64,000 nt of DNA from a virus. The stretch covers positions 1-64,000 of the IMG/VR virus record IMGVR_UViG_3300020156_000022; one strand, written 5' to 3'. The number at the start of each line of letters is the position of its first letter. The first letter of the stretch is position 1. The position numbers and the translations under genes were made by a program. This document shows positions 31,849 to 41,221 of the stretch, piece after piece. The notes under the pieces were generated by a model. That model was not told the DNA's origin. It did no database searches and saw only the letters and a list, made by a program, of their open reading frames with translations.

Positions 31849-32826
31849 TCAGACATTAGTAAGTAATTCCTCTACAATTCTTTCAAAATCTTTGCCTAGC
31901 TTAAGTACCCTAATCTTGTCCATAACAGATTCAACGGTAGTCACTTCAATTCTTGACTGTCCTACCGAAGCAAGAAATTCGTCAAGTTTTAATTGTGTAG
32001 TTTTTACTTCTTCGATTTCTTTAATTCTAAAGACTTCAGAAGCCGGTTTAGCTTTAAGTTCAACAAATTCAAACGATCCTGTAATACTGTCCCATATGGT
32101 GACTCCCACAGGTCTCGTAAGATTCGATTCCGTAAGACTACCTCTCGACAAGGCACCGAAATTGCAGAATCTAACACCGTTGACAACGTACTGACCATGC
32201 CAATCATGAATGTGACCATAGACAACTTGGACATTAGCTTTCCCATCTGGATTGACTAGTCTAGCAAATTTTTCAGTAGAGTAGTGCTCATACGCAGGAT
32301 TAGCCCCTGGTGGAAAGAAAGGTGCATGAGTAACAATAAGCTGAGGAGTATCACTAGGTTTAAAATGTTTTAGTGCTTCTTTTACAGCTTGATCTGCTAC
32401 TGACGGTTCAGCATCCCAATACATCTGCCAAGGAATGCCATACACAGGTGGTTTGCCTGACAAGTATCTATCTGCAATAAATACTCTTCCACTTGAATAC
32501 ATTACACCTAATGGTTGGCCTTCATGCAAGGATTCCAGCCTATCGTTAAGTAGATCATGATTTCCTGGTACGATCCATACAGGCACATAACAATCAGCAG
32601 CCCACCTAATAGCACGTTGCACCAAGGCATGAGAATTTCTTCCGGGGGTTTTAATATGAAAGAAATCTCCAAGTTGAATAATAGCTGAACATTTACGATC
32701 TGCTGCTAGTTCATTAGCCTGGTACAGCAAATCAAACAAATCATCTGTGTAACTGGAAGTACAGCTCGCCGGATGACTATTTTCGTTTGTCAGATGTACA
32801 TCATTGATGATTAAGTATTTACTCAA
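31849..32826 (-). CDS. Mre11/SbcD-like metallophosphoesterase nuclease
   Basis: DVH, LGDFF, PGNHD, VTH, GHIH motifs. Confidence 0.88.
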   Translation of the reverse strand: MSKYLIINDVHLTNENSHPASCTSSYTDDLFDLLYQANELAADRKCSAIIQLGDFFHIKTPGRNSHALVQRAIRWAADCYVPVWIVPGNHDLLNDRLESLHEGQPLGVMYSSGRVFIADRYLSGKPPVYGIPWQMYWDAEPSVADQAVKEALKHFKPSDTPQLIVTHAPFFPPGANPAYEHYSTEKFARLVNPDGKANVQVVYGHIHDWHGQYVVNGVRFCNFGALSRGSLTESNLTRPVGVTIWDSITGSFEFVELKAKPASEVFRIKEIEEVKTTQLKLDEFLASVGQSRIEVTTVESVMDKIRVLKLGKDFERIVEELLTNV

Positions 32827-33691
32827 GTTCCGTCAACTTCCTAACTGCTTGATCAATCTCATCTTCAATCATTACCGCATGAGTCAAAATAACCTCAGCA
32901 AAATCAATAGCTACATCTGATGGAATGCTGAATTCAATACTGTCATTAGTATTATCAGCATTGGATATGGTAATCTTTACTTTTCCATCTCGTGTCTCTA
33001 CTAGAACAATGCTATTACTCCACTGCTTTTGCATACTTTTCCTTAAGCTCTTTTACCTTCTCAGGGCTCATCGACGCAGCTACATTACCAATATATGTAG
33101 GTGTAGGCTTTGACTTGATCTTATATTCAAATCTACGAATAGCTGTATGGATAGACATGCGAGCCTCCATCAATCCACTGGATTGATCCAATTCGTCTTC
33201 TTCAATTGCTCCTGCAAGCTGTAATTCTTTATATGCAGCTTGAAGTAATTCTTTTGCGCGAGAGAAGTGGTCATTGGCCTGGCGTAATTCAGCTTCTACC
33301 GCTTTACGCAACTCAGGGTCATTTCTCTGCTGGTCATTATATTTTTTGTAAAATGTCATAATACTATATAGTCCTTAGAATTTTTCCTATCTCAACAATT
33401 GCATCCTCTGGCAAACCAGAAGTTTTAAGTTCCACTGCTTTAGCTAACCAATGTTTGTGTGCCCAATTTTCCCAATCATTTTCAAAGAACCAAGTGCAAT
33501 TATCATCATGACCTAGCCTACAAAATTCTGAATGTAAGCGTTCAGCGAATAATTTAACTTGATTTTGATATTTTGGCTGCTGACGTTGATAATCTGCCCA
33601 ACCTGTGGGGTCTGGGAAATAGTTTTTCATGATGTGATCCTATCACACAACACAAGAAGGGACCAGCCTCTCGACCGATCCCTTTTGAAAC

Positions 33692-34066
33692 TTACCTTAG
33701 CATATCGACAATTTGCTTCGCCCAAAGCTGGGCATGTCGATCTCTATCAAATTGAGGACGTAAATCCCAATCACGCATTTCGTATTCAAATTCTTTCAAA
33801 TCAAAGAATCTGTGTACGTGAGCACAAAAATACCATTCATCCTTCATAACATCTAAGGATCTACGTCCTCTGATATCTATCGCCATAGCGTCTGAGTCCA
33901 TAACGAAAACATGAGCCATGTAATCAGGACTGCCCGCAGGATTATCGCTAATCATTGCAATAGTCCATCCTGTCAGTTTATGAATCTCATAAGCTAGAGC
34001 TGGGCATTGCCCCTCAGTAAAATAGGCAATAACATCTTCATCATCTGTAAAGGTTAATGTATCCAT
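33692..34066 (-). CDS. hypothetical phage protein
   Basis: FTEGQCPALA...H...DIRG. Confidence 0.6.
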   Translation of the reverse strand: MDTLTFTDDEDVIAYFTEGQCPALAYEIHKLTGWTIAMISDNPAGSPDYMAHVFVMDSDAMAIDIRGRRSLDVMKDEWYFCAHVHRFFDLKEFEYEMRDWDLRPQFDRDRHAQLWAKQIVDMLR

Positions 34067-34255
34067 TCACCAATATAGTCCAGTATAGTGACCGAATGCC
34101 CAAATACAGGCCAGCAACCAAAGACCCCAGAAAATTATAAATCCTAGAACTACAAAAGGTTTTAGATTATCTAATTTTTCTAACCTACCTACTACCTCTA
34201 AATGAGTCTTTTCACTTTCCGTTAACTCACTCCATGGCTTACTTATTCTCATTGT

Positions 34256-34714
34256 TCACCTCGACAGAAATTCATCGATCTGGTCAAGATGCTCGGGACG
34301 TAAACCACGGTTAGGTTTGGGGGCTATCAACAGTTGTCTGCTGTTGCTTTTCCAAGCATAGGGGATAGCTTCATCATCTGTCCAGATCAACTTATTACCA
34401 GAAGCCAAGACCTTCTCGGCCGCTGCAACCTTGTCATCGTTGTACATGCGCGTAGACCAGGCTGAGCGCAACGCTGGCAATTTAAATAATTTCTCTAGTT
34501 GGTCAGTATACCCACACCAGGAAGTCGCCCATAAAACCTCTACGTGCGGCAAACTGTGGACCTTCCTGACCCGCTCCATCAGCTGTGGTGCCCAACGCAT
34601 CTTCCAAGATGTTCCTAGGTAGTACGCTGTCCCCGAATGAGGCGCGGCTGACCAACCGGATTTGTTTGCGTTTAACACACCATCAACATCAAGGAGCCAT
34701 GTAAATTCATGCAT
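34256..34714 (-). CDS. HAD-domain protein (RNA-repair-associated type)
   Basis: LLDVDGVLN, WATSW, IWTDDE, P..GL. Confidence 0.8.
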   Translation of the reverse strand: MHEFTWLLDVDGVLNANKSGWSAAPHSGTAYYLGTSWKMRWAPQLMERVRKVHSLPHVEVLWATSWCGYTDQLEKLFKLPALRSAWSTRMYNDDKVAAAEKVLASGNKLIWTDDEAIPYAWKSNSRQLLIAPKPNRGLRPEHLDQIDEFLSR

Positions 34715-35031
34715 AAAATAGCTCCTTTCACTTTAAGTGATATGATCTGTGTAAAGCATAAAAGAGGGCCTATAGTCGGTTACGGTGTAATACCACTTGC
34801 CATTACGTGATGATTGAAAACCCCACACATAATGCCTTACACCAAAATACTTAGCTTTCTCGTATGCAAGAATCATAGCTGCTCGATGACTCATACTGAT
34901 TCCCTAATCAAGCTAGATAGAAAAATCCCGGGCAGTCTCGGAAGACGCCCGGGAACAAATTACTTACACCTGTGATTTCCGTTGTGTGGCGTACCACACT
35001 TTAAACATACATACTCATATTTTACCATAAG

Positions 35032-35105
35032 GGTGTCTGGTGGGAATTGAACCCGACGCTCTTCGGTGCCACAAACCGACGCTTTAACCATTAAGCTACA
35101 GACAC
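35032..35105 (-). tRNA. tRNA-His(GTG)
   Basis: TCGGT-TTGTGGC-ACCGA; C discriminator. Confidence 0.85.
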
Positions 35106-35176
35106 AACTAAGAGAAATGGTGAAAGGCTGCCTCTATTAAATAGAACCCTTTCCTGTGAGCGATACCATTTCTAAG

Positions 35177-35249
35177 TCGGGAATAAGGGACTCGAACCCT
35201 TCGCCTGCTGTCCCCAAAACAGCCCGTCTACCCCATGACCTAATTCCCG
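35177..35249 (-). tRNA. tRNA-Pro(TGG)
   Basis: GCTGT-TTTGGGG-ACAGC; CGGG acceptor start. Confidence 0.85.
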
Positions 35250-36123
35250 ATAACACAAGGTGTGCTTACCATTACACTAAATAGGTAACCCTCAAAGCCC
35301 TGCATCCGTACTCACCGGATCTTCCTTGTGCTTTAATCTTACATCAGCATCTTAATCCTGTCAAGACAAGACTGCTGATAATTTTGAAGCAATGTAATTG
35401 TCTCGCTGATCGGCATCCATCTCGGATTCTGCCGGGAAATCAGTTTGACTAACAAATTTGTTGTTGTAATAGATGGTTAATCGCTTGCCAATTACATTGC
35501 TGTTCTCATCAAGCATAGGCTCAAATGTAGAAGTAATCATCTCAATCCTCCCATAAACGACTTATAGGAGTAAATCGGCTATCCTAGCATACCCAGAACC
35601 ATCTTGCTTTATAGGCCTTTAGCTTATTTTAAAGTGGCCTCCAACATGAGCACTCACAAAGGTGCATCTTTTTTGCACAATCATAGTGCTTTCCTACAGA
35701 ACATGGCCAGCATTCCTTTTTAGGCTTAGGTAATTTAAAACTCATGGAGCAATACCTGTGTCCCACTCGCATTGAGGATTTCCATCATCATCGCGGTCTT
35801 CATAATTCTCAAGCCAAGTTTCATAATGCTTGCCTGTCAGAATGCGAACTATTTGATCCAATATCCATTGCTTGTGGTGACTACCGTCAATTCCACCATA
35901 ATTCTCGATTAGGTCTAGTGTGCGCTCAATCTTACCTTCATCATCTGCCATGCGTAACGTACAGGAATTGAACCTGTTCCTGATACTCGCTCCTATTTCG
36001 CTTACTAGGTCCAGGATAGGACTCTTCGGGTACTCTGTCGGCTTTCTCTGTGCTACCGTACACCACGTCACTCACTAAGTTGATCAGACCTAGTGCAGCT
36101 AAAGGGTAGCTAATCCTTAAGCG

Positions 36124-36190
36124 TGGACATCAGTCGTATTGAACGACTCAGGACGTTCCCCGAAGGGAGCCCTGCAAACCTTGGATGCCC
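36124..36190 (-). ncRNA. D-armless tRNA-like RNA with UUCG-capped arm
   Basis: GGGCAUC/GAUGUCC-A, CAGG..UCCC-UUCG-GGGA..CCUG, AGUCG-UUCAAUA-CGACU. Confidence 0.6.
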
Positions 36191-36426
36191 TTGGTGCTGG
36201 TTTCAGACATATTAGGGAGGTCGTAACCAGCAAACTCCGTCCTCGTTGACTACTACTCTAGCTTAGAGGTTAGTCCTTGTCAAGAAGATAATTTGTGGCA
36301 TCGTACAGTTGATGCACCTAGTGTTGATCACAATGCCACCGCAGTACCTACAAAACATATTACATACCTGCGCAATTCCTACAGAAGCCCATAGGGCTTA
36401 AATCTGCACCACATCGATGACACATA

Positions 36427-36945
36427 TTAGCTGACATCGGATATGGTCTTTTGGATACCCTTAGCTTTTTTGTGGGGAGTATTCTCCTGTTCAGGCAGTG
36501 GATACTCTTCAAGTTCATTAACATAATGAAATGTCTCCGTGGCTATCCCAAATTTATCGGCCGCATCCCTACAACCTGTAGCACCGCTAGATCTGTCTTT
36601 AATAAAGGCTAGACATGCATCGGCATTTGATTTTTGAACCATTTGTAGATTACGAACTGGCCCAGCTCGCTTGCCATATTTTTTCCAGTCTGCCTGATAA
36701 ACAATCACTTTACACTTCAGTGTATTTCTAGCAAAAATATCAGCTAGCCTATCTGCCCCTCTAGGGCAACCACCATGGACTACAGTTAGCCACTCTGACA
36801 TAGGAATTTTACTGTATTCTGGGTTTTCCTGTAACCATTCGGCAATTGCTTGAATGATTCTATGCTTGATGCTTTCGAAATTGTCCCAGTCCCTTGAACC
36901 AGTAATAAGAATGACGAATTTTTTTCTCAAGGGCACCTCGGGCAT
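36427..36945 (-). CDS. SLOG-family (DprA/YspA-like) protein
   Basis: ITGSRDW, VHGGCPRGAD, AGPVRN, SSGAT. Confidence 0.85.
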   Translation of the reverse strand: MPEVPLRKKFVILITGSRDWDNFESIKHRIIQAIAEWLQENPEYSKIPMSEWLTVVHGGCPRGADRLADIFARNTLKCKVIVYQADWKKYGKRAGPVRNLQMVQKSNADACLAFIKDRSSGATGCRDAADKFGIATETFHYVNELEEYPLPEQENTPHKKAKGIQKTISDVS

Positions 36946-37167
36946 TTAAAATAACTCAACTTTAGACAGTCAGGGCATGTAGGTTTCTTGCAAGCAGGGC
37001 AAGGATCATCAATGCCACCATCAGTGTTTATCCATGCCACATTACATCTATTAACCTTGTATGCCCCACACAAAGTAATATGCGGATGACAACATAGTAG
37101 ATGGCAATATTTAATTTCATCGTTTGCCTGTAGCTCCTCTACAGGTCTTTCCTGTAAAGTTATCATG

Positions 37168-37239
37168 TAGTCCCAGAGAGAATTGAACTCTCTTCCTGAG
37201 GGTGAAAACCTCAGATCCTAACCAATAGACGATGGGACC
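37168..37239 (-). tRNA. tRNA-Glu(TTC)
   Basis: TGAGG-TTTTCAC-CCTCA. Confidence 0.9.
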
Positions 37240-37341
37240 AGGCTGATAGTCAAATTGCTTTTATCCTCGCGGACTATCATTCACGAGTACTTCACCCGGC
37301 TTCGTGTTCTAGTCTAGCTCAATCTTACTAGATTGTCAAGC

Positions 37342-37848
37342 TCAGTCAAAACTTCCAGAAGAACTACTTGTGTCAGAAGAACTGCTTGAAGATGAGCTGC
37401 TGCCATAGTCAGATCCACCAGAGCTATAACCTGTTGAAGGAGAAGATGGTGTATCTGAACTAGGAGTATATCCTGAGTAATTTGATGTAGTTGGTGCTGT
37501 ATAATTGTCAGTACTTGGAGTGTAATAGTCTGTAGTAGGCTCTACAGCCCAAGAGCTATCTACCTCAGGAACTTCTACTGCACCAAAACTTGAATCCTCT
37601 CGATCGTACCGATGTTTCGCGGCGCTAGGCTTTGAATTTACAGACTTTGGATATGCGTATGTAGCAGAATAAGTATGCGGCGCATTATCTGTTAGATTAC
37701 GCCTTGTTTCTAAGTCTGCACGTACTTGCTCACGAATAGCTGTTTGGACACTTACCGGCTTTGACTTCTGGCTACGACGCTGAAGGAAATAGCCTACAAC
37801 AAATAGCACTACAGCAATAACTAGAATTAGCAGAAAAATCTTGAACAA
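37342..37848 (-). CDS. membrane-anchored protein with Ser-rich tail
   Basis: N-terminal TM helix; low-complexity S/D/G C-terminus. Confidence 0.65.
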   Translation of the reverse strand: MFKIFLLILVIAVVLFVVGYFLQRRSQKSKPVSVQTAIREQVRADLETRRNLTDNAPHTYSATYAYPKSVNSKPSAAKHRYDREDSSFGAVEVPEVDSSWAVEPTTDYYTPSTDNYTAPTTSNYSGYTPSSDTPSSPSTGYSSGGSDYGSSSSSSSSSDTSSSSGSFD

Positions 37849-37933
37849 AGCTGTTCCAATCTTAGTAGATATGAGTAACGTCCTGTTGCTGGAACCTATA
37901 CTAGCATTACAGCAACAGGACGTTAAGGTAATT

Positions 37934-39553
37934 TCAGATTCGACCTGCTGAGAAGTCAGCGATCACTGACGGAGCGTTGGTGTCGAAACCTGCAACATTC
38001 AGGGTGCCGTTCACATCGTTAGGGTCGCCTACAGTAAACGGAGTAGCTGCCGCACCTACAACTACCAGCTTGGCGTCAATACCCATCTTCTGACGATAAT
38101 CCTTCAATGCACGCTCAGGCTTAATACGTCCAGCCCAAGTTTCGTTGTCGGTGTAAATCTGGAAGGTGTCAACTTCAATCTTGTTCTGCAATGCCCAAAC
38201 CATAGGCTGAGCAATATCAGTACCACCAAATGCCTGACCCTGCAACTTGCGGTTAACAGTAGCCAGATCCATCTTAGCAGTAATACCAAGATCACGGAAG
38301 GAAGTTGAGAAGCCCATGATCTGATACCAAGGCTCAACACGAGCAGTAACCATAGCCATAGCAGCAGTCACCTGTGCACAGCTTAGATCAATACCCAGTG
38401 CCGCAGAACCCATAGAACCAGAAACATCCAGAGCAAGCAAGGTTCGCTTGTTAGCAGGAGTAATGGACTTGAATGCAGCGTGGAATCCAGCATCCAAAGC
38501 ATCAGCAATTACAGGATTAGTTACCCAGTCCTTCTTACGAGTAATTGCATACCAACCATAAGACTCATTACGCTGCATCTGGCCCTCAGTATGAGTAACC
38601 AGAGCTAGAAGATACTGGATTGGGTGAAGACGAGTCTTCGCAATCATGTCAGAATCAACTAGAGCATTAGCAACTGCACGGGTAAACACCATATCGTTGA
38701 ATGCGCCAATACGAGAAAGGCGAGTAATCTGACGAACAAGTGCCTGACCCTTAAGCTGACCGTTAGCGAAAAGCTGCTTCCAAACCTCAGGCTCCTTAAG
38801 GAACTGAGTAGGAATAGTCTCCCAAGGAAGGTTAGTGAAACGCCCCAGAATATCGATAGCCTCAACAGAAGAAGAAGCAAGCTGCATCTTCTGAAAACCA
38901 TCGATAATGTCAGAATCGCCGTCTAGATCAATAAAGACAGGCTTACCAAGGATAAAATTACCTACACGTTGATCAACGCCAGTAGGGTGAGACAGGCGCA
39001 TAAGGTCACGCATAGTCCAACCATCACGCTGACGGTATTTAACAGCCTGGTACGCAAGCTGGTCAGCAGTCTTAGACTCAAACCACTTAGAGATTGCACG
39101 ACGCTTTGCACGACCCCAACCTCCAAGACCTTCGATGAAGGCAGCAAGCTGGTAAACGTGAGTAGCGATACGAGCAACCCTAGGAGCAGCCTCAACTACG
39201 GCCTGCTTAATACCCTGAACAGCCTCAGGCTCAGAAAGCATAAGAGCTAGGACGAAAATAGCAGCCTCGTTACGGTAGGCACGCCCCTTGTCGGACACGT
39301 CAATAACAGTAGCGAGAACAGTCTTAGGGTCCTTAGCGATCATCTTACGGATGAAGTCGACGTTCTGCTTAGTAAGATCCTTCTCACCCACGTAGTAGGT
39401 GCCCTTATCGGTACCAAGAATAAGGAAACGCTCAAGGCGCTGAATGTCAGATACTTCGAAAACGTAACCACCAGCGTTGTTCTTCACCTCATCGGAACGA
39501 GACTTCTCACGCTGAGTAGGTACAGCAGTAGAAAAATTCTTTAGTGCAGACAT
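37934..39553 (-). CDS. rsr: Ro60/Rsr TROVE-vWA RNA-binding protein
   Basis: NNAGGYVF, RFLILG..GTYY, GWGRAKRRA, KYRQRDGW..RDL.RLSHP, RLHP, vWA MIDAS LALDVSGSM, GGTD, YTDNETW; start MSALKN. Confidence 0.96.
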   Translation of the reverse strand: MSALKNFSTAVPTQREKSRSDEVKNNAGGYVFEVSDIQRLERFLILGTDKGTYYVGEKDLTKQNVDFIRKMIAKDPKTVLATVIDVSDKGRAYRNEAAIFVLALMLSEPEAVQGIKQAVVEAAPRVARIATHVYQLAAFIEGLGGWGRAKRRAISKWFESKTADQLAYQAVKYRQRDGWTMRDLMRLSHPTGVDQRVGNFILGKPVFIDLDGDSDIIDGFQKMQLASSSVEAIDILGRFTNLPWETIPTQFLKEPEVWKQLFANGQLKGQALVRQITRLSRIGAFNDMVFTRAVANALVDSDMIAKTRLHPIQYLLALVTHTEGQMQRNESYGWYAITRKKDWVTNPVIADALDAGFHAAFKSITPANKRTLLALDVSGSMGSAALGIDLSCAQVTAAMAMVTARVEPWYQIMGFSTSFRDLGITAKMDLATVNRKLQGQAFGGTDIAQPMVWALQNKIEVDTFQIYTDNETWAGRIKPERALKDYRQKMGIDAKLVVVGAAATPFTVGDPNDVNGTLNVAGFDTNAPSVIADFSAGRI

Positions 39554-39575
39554 TTGGCTTCTAGCCTTTCTGTTA

Positions 39576-39693
39576 GAACGAATATGTATGGATGATTGGG
39601 GTGCCCTACCATTTTGGGCGTCTGGTTGATCTGCGTACAGCCTACCAGACAGGGATCGAACCTGCAAGATAACCAATCAAGATCGACTCGTTC
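39576..39693 (-). ncRNA. Y RNA 1 (YrlA-like, permuted tRNA-like domain)
   Basis: GAACGA-GUCGA..UGAUUGG-UUAUC, T-arm GCAGG-UUCGAUC-CCUGU, CUGGU/ACCAG, D-arm GCCC..UGGUA-GGGC, CCAAUCA..CAUAU-UCGUUC. Confidence 0.85.
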
Positions 39694-39702
39694 AGAGTCA
39701 AG

Positions 39703-39830
39703 TGTTTCTGACAGGGTATGAACCTGCACATTTGTACTTCTTCAAAGATACTCCCCATAGCTAAGCTATAAGTTTCACTTCCGTACAAACCACCGAGGTT
39801 TCTCGGCTGCTATACTTTGCATACAGAAAC
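39703..39830 (-). ncRNA. enlarged tRNA-like spacer
   Basis: GUUUCUG/CAGAAAC-A acceptor, D-like arm, extra CCGAG/CUCGG hairpin, branched UUUGUAC/GUACAAA arm, T-arm. Confidence 0.65.
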
Positions 39831-39833
39831 AAG

Positions 39834-39957
39834 TGCGGCGAAAAAAGGATTCGAACCTCTTCAGTGAGATGAGCTTAGCACGTCTAGTCCATGTTCGTCA
39901 ACATGCTAAAAACGTGCAGCCTATGACACTCATCCTAGTCTCATAAACCAAAGCCGC
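39834..39957 (-). ncRNA. tRNA-like spacer with long rod insert
   Basis: GCGGC/GCCGC-A, GAGG-UUCGAAU-CCUU, nested GAUGAG/CUCAUC, GCACGU/ACGUGC, CAUGUU/AACAUG. Confidence 0.55.
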
Positions 39958-39963
39958 AAGTAA

Positions 39964-40123
39964 TTGATGAATATGGGAGCGTAAACGAATAATATACAGA
40001 CGCTCTGCCATTGAGCTATACCCCGTTCATCTATATAGCGTTGTTTGCGCTAGTCGGGGCAGGAGGATTCGAACACTCCAACATTCTGTTTCCTCAGATA
40101 ATCGTATTACTTCGACTCATCAA
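39964..40123 (-). ncRNA. Y RNA 2 (YrlA-like)
   Basis: UUGAUGA-GUCGA..ACGA-UUAUC, T-loop GUUCGAAUC, CCCCG/CGGGG, D-arm GCUC-AAUGGCA-GAGC, CAUAU-UCAUCAA. Confidence 0.85.
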
Positions 40124-40125
40124 AG

Positions 40126-40182
40126 TGTCCCCGGTTGGATTCGAACCAAACTTACACTACCAGGCGCTAACTGGCAAGGGAC
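40126..40182 (-). ncRNA. minimal D-armless tRNA-like spacer
   Basis: GUCCC/GGGAC-A, GCCAG/CUGGU hairpin, UUGG-UUCGAAU-CCAA. Confidence 0.6.
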
Positions 40183-40189
40183 TATAATT

Positions 40190-40357
40190 TTACTTTCTAG
40201 GCTTAGGCCAGCGATCAATTACTACCCTAAGATTTTCACATTCCTTCATTGCAGCATCAAAAGCTTTAGTATCTTTAGCTTCTCTCGCTTTTGCTAACTT
40301 TTCTCGTGCTTGCTGTAAAGCCTCTTGAGCTTCTCGTTTACTAGAATAGCTAGCCAA
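40190..40357 (-). CDS. 55 aa basic helical protein inside the Y-RNA array
   Basis: GAGG RBS, TTG start, MASYSSKREAQEALQQAREKLAKAR... Confidence 0.6.
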   Translation of the reverse strand: MASYSSKREAQEALQQAREKLAKAREAKDTKAFDAAMKECENLRVVIDRWPKPRK

Positions 40358-40366
40358 GGTTACCTC

Positions 40367-40522
40367 TCAGAATAGATTAGCTACAGTTTGAGCGTTGTTA
40401 ACTTCCTTCTGAAGTTGTGCAATAGTAGCTGCGTCAGCCTTGTTCTTTTTAGCTGCTTTTAGTGCAGCCTTAGCCTCTGCAAGTTTCTGAAATGCTTCGT
40501 GGCTGCTTGTAATCTTAGCCAA
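40367..40522 (-). CDS. 51 aa basic helical protein inside the Y-RNA array
   Basis: GGAG RBS, TTG start, MAKITSSHEAFQKLAEAKAALKAAK... Confidence 0.6.
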   Translation of the reverse strand: MAKITSSHEAFQKLAEAKAALKAAKKNKADAATIAQLQKEVNNAQTVANLF

Positions 40523-40558
40523 TTTAAATCTCCACAAGATTAGTAATTAATTAATAGA

Positions 40559-40691
40559 AGTGAACATGTAAGTGAAAAACGGGTTTTTAAGTGCTGCCAT
40601 TACACCACCCGCCCATGAAATGGACGAGCTGGGATTCGAACCCAGACCTTTCCTTTATAAGAGAAGATAACCGTTATTCGTTCGGCTCACT
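40559..40691 (-). ncRNA. Y RNA 3 (YrlA-like)
   Basis: AGUGA-GCCGA..AACGG-UUAUC, T-arm CUGGG-UUCGAAU-CCCAG, CUCGUCC/GGGCGGG, D-arm, CAUGU-UCACU. Confidence 0.85.
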
Positions 40692-40694
40692 AAG

Positions 40695-40771
40695 ATCTCC
40701 TGGCAGGACTCGAACCTGCATGAGGGGTGGCACTAATCCTCGCCAACGTCTACCAATTCCGCCACAGGAGA
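40695..40771 (-). ncRNA. degenerate Leu-like tRNA spacer with non-canonical anticodon arm
   Basis: UCUCCUG/CAGGAGA, Leu-type D-arm GGCGGAAUUGGUAGACG, perfect T-arm; no clean 7-nt loop. Confidence 0.6.
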
Positions 40772-40778
40772 AAATTAC

Positions 40779-40844
40779 TTCGAATATGTGTTGATGATGG
40801 TTATTTTTATTTTCAGTAAGATAAACCAACATCTCCGACTCGAA
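40779..40844 (-). ncRNA. Y RNA 4 (minimal, A-rich loop)
   Basis: UUCGA-GUCGG..UGGU-UUAUC..A-rich loop..ACCA..CAUAU-UCGAA. Confidence 0.75.
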
Positions 40845-40847
40845 TTG

Positions 40848-40921
40848 TGTTTCTGGCAGGAATCGAACCTGCTACCTTCGCTGTATATATTACGCTGCTC
40901 AATCCAATGAGCTACAGAAAC
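40848..40921 (-). ncRNA. tRNA-like spacer with collapsed anticodon loop
   Basis: GUUUCUG/CAGAAAC-A, good D- and T-arms, irregular GCGUA-AUAUA-UACAGC arm. Confidence 0.65.
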
Positions 40922-40927
40922 ATATAA

Positions 40928-41014
40928 TCAGGATATAATTTAGACATCGGAAAGCCCAGACAACGCTGAGCGAATTCACCATTTGAAAGATAACCGATGA
41001 TCCTTCGACCCTGA
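40928..41014 (-). ncRNA. Y RNA 5
   Basis: UCAGG-GUCGA..CAUCGG-UUAUC...CCGAUG..UAUAU-CCUGA. Confidence 0.75.
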
Positions 41015-41020
41015 AACTTG

Positions 41021-41112
41021 AAGTTGAACATGTGTTTGAGATCAAACTATGCCACTATGGGCAATTAATTTTGGAGTAATTATCTGATAATCGATCTCAT
41101 TCGGCTCAACTT
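41021..41112 (-). ncRNA. Y RNA 6
   Basis: AAGUUGA-GCCGA..GAGAUCGA-UUAUC...UUGAUCUC..CAUGU-UCAACUU. Confidence 0.8.
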
Positions 41113-41113
41113 G

Positions 41114-41189
41114 TACTCCGTACCGGATTTGAACCGGTGCTCTTCTGATTGAGAATCAGATGTCTTAGACCAGACTAGACGAACGGAGC
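41114..41189 (-). tRNA. tRNA-Glu(CTC)
   Basis: TCTGA-TTCTCAA-TCAGA. Confidence 0.9.
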
Positions 41190-41221
41190 ATGTCTGTAAG
41201 CACTAGCTGCTTACAGGTATT

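Noticed and set aside
39554-39676. N-terminal 41 aa extension of Ro60 in the ORF track
   Set aside because: It overlaps Y RNA 1; ATG 39553 has an RBS and gives a typical Ro60 length of 539 aa.
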